A stretch of 64,000 nt of DNA from an uncultured virus (IMG/VR IMGVR_UViG_3300027749_000050) (taxonomy: Duplodnaviria; Heunggongvirae; Uroviricota; Caudoviricetes), in IMG/VR virus record IMGVR_UViG_3300027749_000050; one strand, given 5' to 3'. Shown here piece after piece: positions 58,506 through 64,000 of the stretch. The notes under the pieces were generated by a model that saw only the letters and a program-made list of their open reading frames with translations, was not told where the DNA came from and made no database searches. The position numbers were made by a program, and so were the translations under genes. Numbering within the stretch: the first letter of the stretch is position 1; every line of letters begins with the position of its first letter.

Positions 58506-58667
58506 TTGAAAACATTACAAAACTTTTTAGCAGGCTTTGTTACAGCTGGCCTTATATGCATGTTAATATATGCATTAACAAGCTGTTCATCATCTAAATA
58601 TGGATGTGGACGTGGTAATCCAAGAATGTCTTGGAATAAAATGGTTAGAAGTATTAACAGACCTTAA
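58506..58667 (+). CDS. Small lipoprotein (53 aa, TTG start)
   Basis: Manual translation MKTLQNFLAGFVTAGLICMLIYALTSCSSSKYGCGRG...; LTSC lipobox. Confidence 0.55.
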   Translation: MKTLQNFLAGFVTAGLICMLIYALTSCSSSKYGCGRGNPRMSWNKMVRSINRP

Positions 58668-58685
58668 TCTTTAAAAATTATAGAA

Positions 58686-59807
58686 ATGGAAACAATCCAA
58701 TTAAAACAACCTGAACAAGAATTTAGAGACTTTATGGGTATGTCTGATGGTCTTGCAAAAAATGTACATTATTACAATAATATACATAGTAGAAACTTCA
58801 CTGAAGCAAGTATTACAAAAAAAGAAGGCTTTATTTATTATTCTACTAATACCTTTAAAGTGGTAAAATCAACCAAAAGCAGTTATTATATCAAAAGAAT
58901 AACTAAAGACGGATTTACTATTGATGAAAAAGGTAAAGTGAAATTTTGGTTTAACAAAAGTATATTTCAAATGCCTTTTATAAATGAAGTGTTTAAACAT
59001 TTCAATTTTAATTGGTTAGAAGTTAAATTATACTCTTTTATAACCAAAGGAATATTTGAAAAGATGATTGCAGGTAAAATTACAAACAACACAGATGTTT
59101 GTAAAGGATACATTAAAGCAATGAGACTTAATTGTAGTCCTGCATTGTTTTTACAGTTATTTCAAACCAGTAGCATATCTAAACAAGATTTTTTACGTAG
59201 AGCAGCCGTTGCTAAAGATATCAACCATTTAATTGAATATCTATTATTACCTACTGATGGTAGAAATAATTTAGTATATGAGGATATGGTGAAAGAGGCA
59301 CAAATTCTTGAGAAGAAAATAGATTATAAATGGTCTGCTAAAAGACTTGTTGAAGAACACAAGGCTTGGACAGAACAGATTATGCAAGTGGAAATTGATA
59401 GTCTTGATGATGCAACAATTTCAGTTGTAGAAAGATTTGATAAGTATACACCTAATGGATTTAAACTTCTTAAAACACAAAAAGAAGTTTTTTATGAAGG
59501 TAAAACAATGAAACATTGTGTATACACTGCATATTGGTCTTCTATAAAAAACAACAGATATCTTGCTTATCACATTGATTTAAATGGTGAAGAAGCAACA
59601 CTAGGTGTAAACATATATGATGATAGACTTGTTTACAATCAATGTTATAGTAGATATAACGGTAGTATATCATCAGCAATGAATACATTAGTAAACCAGT
59701 TTATAGATAAACTAAATGAACAAGTGAAGAGAGATGAAGTTGTTTTACAAACTGCTGAAAACTATGTACAAGTAGGAAACAATATTGTTAACGAAATACC
59801 CTTTTAG
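58686..59807 (+). CDS. PcfJ-like domain protein
   Basis: YEDM...L...H..., EG..MKHCV..Y, ATL, Q..SRYN. Confidence 0.75.
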   Translation: METIQLKQPEQEFRDFMGMSDGLAKNVHYYNNIHSRNFTEASITKKEGFIYYSTNTFKVVKSTKSSYYIKRITKDGFTIDEKGKVKFWFNKSIFQMPFINEVFKHFNFNWLEVKLYSFITKGIFEKMIAGKITNNTDVCKGYIKAMRLNCSPALFLQLFQTSSISKQDFLRRAAVAKDINHLIEYLLLPTDGRNNLVYEDMVKEAQILEKKIDYKWSAKRLVEEHKAWTEQIMQVEIDSLDDATISVVERFDKYTPNGFKLLKTQKEVFYEGKTMKHCVYTAYWSSIKNNRYLAYHIDLNGEEATLGVNIYDDRLVYNQCYSRYNGSISSAMNTLVNQFIDKLNEQVKRDEVVLQTAENYVQVGNNIVNEIPF

Positions 59808-59810
59808 AGT

Positions 59811-60002
59811 ATGATTAATCTATCTAAAACACCAATTAAGGATAACAGTGTTAACCTTAATGAACCTCATCCCATTGCCATACAAGGTGATGGTAAAAAA
59901 TGTTATGAGGTAAAGTCTATTAAAGACGATTGTATTTATAAACTATGGGCACACTCATACAAACAAGCACTTGAGATGTTACCCATGATTGAAAACTTTT
60001 AA
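59811..60002 (+). CDS. Hypothetical protein
   Basis: 63-aa ORF. Confidence 0.55.
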   Translation: MINLSKTPIKDNSVNLNEPHPIAIQGDGKKCYEVKSIKDDCIYKLWAHSYKQALEMLPMIENF

Positions 60003-60003
60003 A

Positions 60004-60183
60004 ATGAAAAAGATTATGTCTTTTATTAAAACATTAATCTTTGGTGTAAGAAGAGAGCCTGTAGAAACAATGACTACAGGCTTTCATTCTTCCTATCCAA
60101 AGAATGCACTATCTTATGAAGAATGGTGTAAACAATTTAACGTGAGCATGCTTCACGATAGAAAAACAATTTATATTAACTAA
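60004..60183 (+). CDS. Hypothetical protein
   Basis: Small ORF, likely ATG 60004. Confidence 0.5.
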   Translation: MKKIMSFIKTLIFGVRREPVETMTTGFHSSYPKNALSYEEWCKQFNVSMLHDRKTIYIN

Positions 60184-60203
60184 ACCCCTTAAATTTCATT
60201 AAC

Positions 60204-60953
60204 ATGAAAAACAAAAATTTAAAAATGCTTGACATTAAATGGTTAAAAGCAAATGGTAATCAAGGATTTACTATTCTTGAAGGTATTAATCGTGATATTA
60301 TTCCATCACAAGTAACAAAAATAGCAACATCAATAGAAAAGATTGGTGATATAATAAGACCAGTTGTAGTAGCATGTCTTAGTTATAGAGGAGACAAAAG
60401 TTTATCTATAATAGACGGCCAACATTTATATTTTGCTTGTTTAAGACTTAATCTTGATATTCCTTATGTTGTTATTAATATTAATAACGATCAAGAATTA
60501 ACTCATATATTAGCATTATTAAATACTACATCTAAATCATGGACTTTAAATGATTATATAAAAGTATGGTCTTATATCAATCCTGATTACAAGATTTTGC
60601 AATATCATATCAAAAGAAGTGATTTAGAAGTATCCACTGTAGCAGCTATATTGCAAAATCAACCAACATCAAGTATGACTTCTTTTATTAAGAAAGGTAC
60701 ATTTAATGTTAAAAATGTTGATAGAGCAGTAGAAATAATGGATTATGTAACAGATTATCTTAAAATTATACCAAGACAAGATAGAACAGAAAATAAAAAA
60801 GCTGTTGTTTCTTATCTTATACATGTATTACAGAACAATAACTATAATCATAAGAAATTCTTGAACTATTTAAAAGCTAATAAATCAAGATTAGAATTCT
60901 TAAATGCTTCTAAAGAAGACATAGTAGAGTTCTTTAATGGAATTAGTTATTAA
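60204..60953 (+). CDS. ParB/Srx-like N-terminal domain protein
   Basis: NR...V..I..SI..IG..RPVVV...IIDGQH...AC; LN...K.W. Confidence 0.7.
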   Translation: MKNKNLKMLDIKWLKANGNQGFTILEGINRDIIPSQVTKIATSIEKIGDIIRPVVVACLSYRGDKSLSIIDGQHLYFACLRLNLDIPYVVININNDQELTHILALLNTTSKSWTLNDYIKVWSYINPDYKILQYHIKRSDLEVSTVAAILQNQPTSSMTSFIKKGTFNVKNVDRAVEIMDYVTDYLKIIPRQDRTENKKAVVSYLIHVLQNNNYNHKKFLNYLKANKSRLEFLNASKEDIVEFFNGISY

Positions 60954-61261
60954 GAAGGTGAGGCTAGCATAAGCTAGTATGTATTCTTAATCATAACACG
61001 TAAGGGCATTTTGCTAATAAAACTGTTATAATTGTTAAAGAATACATGATTAAGGGGCACGTTCTTGCCCTAACCAATCTAACTCAGGATACTGATCAAC
61101 CATGGACATGTGTCTAGACAAGAATCTAGGCTACTCAGGGATGAATAACGACAACCTGTAATTGTGGATAACCAACCACTCCCAATTCACGTTAGGACTT
61201 TGTCCTGTACCTACCATACTTAGAACCTTAGAGTTACTATAATGACTAGTTAGTGAGCCAT

Positions 61262-61288
61262 GCAGGGTGGGTTAAGCCCTGCTTTTTT
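61262..61288 (+). terminator. Intrinsic terminator
   Basis: GCAGGG-N9-CCCTGC-TTTTTT. Confidence 0.7.
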
Positions 61289-61297
61289 AATTTTTAA

Positions 61298-61495
61298 ATG
61301 TACATTATGGATAATTGTAAAGAATGCAAAGAAGTTATCACTAGTTATGATGTTATTGGAAAAACATATTATAGACTAGAAGATGATTCTGTATTATGTT
61401 ATAGACATTGGCATCAAGCAAGAAGACCAAACTATATATACAAAGGAGATTATAATGAATTTTTCTCTAAATATAAAAAACATGAAAAATACTAG
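61298..61495 (+). CDS. Small zinc-finger-like protein
   Basis: CKEC...CYRH. Confidence 0.5.
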   Translation: MYIMDNCKECKEVITSYDVIGKTYYRLEDDSVLCYRHWHQARRPNYIYKGDYNEFFSKYKKHEKY

Positions 61496-61760
61496 ACTCA
61501 AAAATGGATATGGAATGGTGTCTAGCAATGTAGTGAGAGACCCAAACATCTCATTGAGAGATAAAGGACTCTATGCATATTTAGTAAGTTATGCTGGTAT
61601 AGATAATACACTCACAGTGAGTGTGAATAGAGCAGCAGCAGAATGTAATGTAGATCCGTCTACAATTAGAAGAATATTAGACCAACTTAAAAAAGATGGT
61701 GTAATAATTCGTGAAAAAAGGAATTTAGGACAAAGTTATTTAACAACAATTAAAAAGTAA
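61482..61760 (+). CDS. Helix-turn-helix DNA-binding protein (replication-initiator-like N-domain)
   Basis: RD..ISL..KGLYAYL...AAEC.V..STIRRIL..LKK.G.I; likely ATG 61482. Confidence 0.7.
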   Translation: MKNTRLKNGYGMVSSNVVRDPNISLRDKGLYAYLVSYAGIDNTLTVSVNRAAAECNVDPSTIRRILDQLKKDGVIIREKRNLGQSYLTTIKK

Positions 61761-61762
61761 AA

Positions 61763-62023
61763 ATGGAACAAACATTTAAATTAGAAATAAATGCTGTGTC
61801 ACCTGATGGAAAATCAGTGAATTGTCAAACTGATATTAAAATTAATTGTGACAAATCAATGTCTGTTAGTGTAATAGCAAACTTGTTAAATCAAGAACCA
61901 AGATTAAAAGTAATATTTGCAGAGGCTGTATTATTAGCTATAGATGATGTAAAAATAGCAGATCCAATATCATCAGATGAGTTTTTAGATAGTATATTAA
62001 AAGCTAAACAAACAGAATTATAA
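61763..62023 (+). CDS. Hypothetical protein
   Basis: 86-aa ORF. Confidence 0.55.
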   Translation: MEQTFKLEINAVSPDGKSVNCQTDIKINCDKSMSVSVIANLLNQEPRLKVIFAEAVLLAIDDVKIADPISSDEFLDSILKAKQTEL

Positions 62024-62029
62024 ATGAAT

Positions 62030-62199
62030 TAGTATGATTGAGGGTGCCACAATAGTATAGAAGTGAGATCAACAGTACGTACGGTGAACACATTAGTATT
62101 AACCCACATGATATATAGGGCCTGGGAATTGAGAACATGTAAGTAACTATGAGGTCAGATGTATCTCTAACTTAGAAACTGTGTCCCTTCAATATACTA
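62030..62199 (+). ncRNA. 6S RNA-like elongated hairpin
   Basis: Nested pairings AGTAT/ATACT, ATTGA-GGG/CCC-TCAAT, CACA/TGTG, AAGT-GAGAT/ATCTC-ACTT, then a central bubble, then ACATG/CATGT; ~170 nt non-coding. Confidence 0.5.
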
Positions 62200-62219
62200 T
62201 TTTGTAAAGTAAATTGCTG

Positions 62220-62227
62220 TATATTTG
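62220..62227 (+). promoter_or_regulatory. Bacteroidota sigma70-type -7 element (TAnnTTTG)
   Basis: TATATTTG about 10 nt upstream of the tRNA-like gene; TTTG at 62201 (spacing shorter than typical). Confidence 0.55.
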
Positions 62228-62236
62228 TAAAATACT

Positions 62237-62310
62237 AGTCAAGTAGCTCCAACATAATAGAGCCCTTACTTGTAGTAGGGAGTGTATGGGAGAATGACCC
62301 ATCTTGACTA
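62237..62310 (+). tRNA. Atypical tRNA (probably Thr, UGU)
   Basis: Acceptor AGTCAAG/CTTGACT, D stem GCTC/GAGC, anticodon arm CCTTA-CTTGTAG-TAGGG, T stem ATGGG/CCCAT with non-canonical loop AGAATGA. Confidence 0.6.
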
Positions 62311-62316
62311 ATTTAT

Positions 62317-62758
62317 GGGCCTGACCTGGATTTTGACAGAGTAAGGAAGGTAGTATCACATGCAAAGCCTAGTCAGTGGCTAAACAAACTGATTAACAAT
62401 AAAAGACAACGTAGAATTATCTACTTGGAGCTTTGATGACATGCTTGCATTCATTGGAGCTGATGAAGCTATTGCAGCCTAGTCAACCGGGGCAGCTGAT
62501 AGCCTTGCAACAGAACAGCCACATGTAAAGACAGAGGGTCTTCCTTTGACACTGATCATCCAAGACTATATGATGTAAAAAGAAAGTTAGTTTTCTAGTT
62601 CATAAACTAGATGGTGGAGCTGGTGGCTTTTAAACCACTGGTTAGTTCCCTTACGGTGCAAATAACGGGGGTTCATCCTCTTGATTGTTAGTACTAAGCA
62701 TGTAAGAATGGTATTATTAGAATTATTTTGGACCAGGGTTCGATTCCCTGCAGGTCCA
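62317..62758 (+). ncRNA. ssrA: tmRNA
   Basis: 5' GGGCCTGACCTGGATTTTGAC; 3' GACCAGGGTTCGATTCCCTGCAGGTCCA; G3-U70 alanine pair; internal tag ORF ending AIAA*. Confidence 0.92.
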
Positions 62759-62797
62759 CATTCTTTTAACAAAATTAAATAACCAAAAAATTAACTA

Positions 62798-63139
62798 ATG
62801 ATTAAAATGTTTAAAGTGATGAACACACATGATCATCCATCAATTGTACATGAGTATGATATTATAAAAACAATGAATGATGAAGGTAATGAAGAAATTA
62901 CCATGTTCAGAAGTTTTAATGATGTATGGGCTGATGGTAAAAAAGGTGAAGAAGTAATTAAAATTATAGATGATGGAGATGGTTATAAATTTCCTAAAAA
63001 ATTATTTACTTCTGATGTAGATTATTGTTTGGCAGCAGAACTTTACATAATTATGACGTTCATTAACAAAACAGAACGTATGCCATTATTTAAAGGAGTT
63101 ATAGAAGAAGTTGTTATTAAAAATAACATAGAAATTTAA
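62798..63139 (+). CDS. Hypothetical protein
   Basis: 113-aa ORF. Confidence 0.6.
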   Translation: MIKMFKVMNTHDHPSIVHEYDIIKTMNDEGNEEITMFRSFNDVWADGKKGEEVIKIIDDGDGYKFPKKLFTSDVDYCLAAELYIIMTFINKTERMPLFKGVIEEVVIKNNIEI

Positions 63140-63142
63140 TTT

Positions 63143-63688
63143 ATGAAAAATTCTCAGTATAAAGAATTAAAAGAAGAGTATATAAAACATCTTATAAGTA
63201 TAATATCAGAAAAAGGTGGATTATTTCCACACATAACAATCTTTGCTGATGTACTTAATCCTAAAGAAGATGAAAAAGATAAACCAGCTATTATTCATAT
63301 TCCTATTCCGGATAAATTTATGAAAGATGATGAATCAAAAGATGAATTTATAGATGAGATAATACCTGATATATTTAAAGATTTAAAGAAAAAGTTTAAT
63401 CCACATGGTGTAGCATGGTCATCAGAAGGATGGATGAGACAATTGGAAAAAGGAGATAAAATGCCTGATAATTACAAAAACCTACCTATTAAAAAAGAGG
63501 TGATAATTGTTACATTAGGTACAAAAGAAAAAGAAGAAGTTATCATCTATGAAATTAAACGTAAAGGTAAACAAATTAATCAAAGTGGAGATTTAGTAGA
63601 TATAATAAAACTAGATAAACTTGACGGAGACCAACCAGAATCAATGGGTGGTAGGTTTTCAGGATTATTTAAAAAATTTAATGACTAA
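63143..63688 (+). CDS. Hypothetical protein
   Basis: 181 aa; SEGW.R...KKEV motif. Confidence 0.65.
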   Translation: MKNSQYKELKEEYIKHLISIISEKGGLFPHITIFADVLNPKEDEKDKPAIIHIPIPDKFMKDDESKDEFIDEIIPDIFKDLKKKFNPHGVAWSSEGWMRQLEKGDKMPDNYKNLPIKKEVIIVTLGTKEKEEVIIYEIKRKGKQINQSGDLVDIIKLDKLDGDQPESMGGRFSGLFKKFND

Positions 63689-63699
63689 ATATAAAAAAA

Positions 63700-63891
63700 A
63701 TGAATTGGATTAGTAGTGTATTTACAGGAAAAAAGAAATTAATGAAAGAACTAGATAATACTAAAGAAGCTTTAAAAGAGTGTAATAGTAAACTTTTAGA
63801 AAAACAAGAACATATTAATCAGACTAATGCATATTGGAAGAAAAAAATGCATGAAAGTAAGTCAAAGAAGCCTATAAAAAAAGAATTATAG
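63700..63891 (+). CDS. Hypothetical coiled-coil protein
   Basis: 63-aa ORF. Confidence 0.55.
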   Translation: MNWISSVFTGKKKLMKELDNTKEALKECNSKLLEKQEHINQTNAYWKKKMHESKSKKPIKKEL

Positions 63892-64000
63892 CTCTATCAT
63901 CCATTGTTATTTGCATAATACCTTATATTTTATTAATAATGAGTTATTTTTATAACAAATTAATATATAATGTTTTACCAATTACCAAATGGAAAAGTGA

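Noticed and set aside
58327..58509. 60-aa plus-strand ORF
   Set aside because: Atypical composition and leader; overlaps a hairpin-rich region better explained as RNA
62587..62772. 61-aa minus-strand ORF
   Set aside because: Antisense to the tmRNA 3' half

Overview
This AT-rich 64-kb window reads as part of a crAss-like (Crassvirales-related) phage genome, most likely infecting a Bacteroidota host. The standard genetic code applies throughout. Positions 1-54471 form a minus-strand late/structural block. In transcription order it holds small accessory genes (GNAT, HU/IHF-like, PD-(D/E)XK nuclease, PhoH, Tad1-like), terminase, portal, scaffold-like and major capsid genes, small basic proteins, an LCIB/theta-type carbonic anhydrase-like gene, a Dps-like gene, tail ring/fibre genes, Cys-rich Thr-tract (mucin-like) proteins, four glycosyltransferases, a metallophosphoesterase and a tail-stabilization protein. 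It ends in a >2200-codon modular ORF that runs off the left edge and was missed by the ORF track. Positions ~54700-63891 form a plus-strand early block of small ORFs interleaved with structured RNAs: a twister-ribozyme match, a 6S-like rod, an atypical tRNA and a tmRNA. The best candidates for new biology are (i) a mucin-like virion protein plus peptide O-glycosyltransferase cassette, (ii) an xxGG-punctuated multi-zincin polyprotein whose motif is shared with small basic proteins, (iii) a phage theta-carbonic anhydrase in the capsid region, and (iv) the ncRNA cluster. All family calls come from motif recognition by eye, not database searches.
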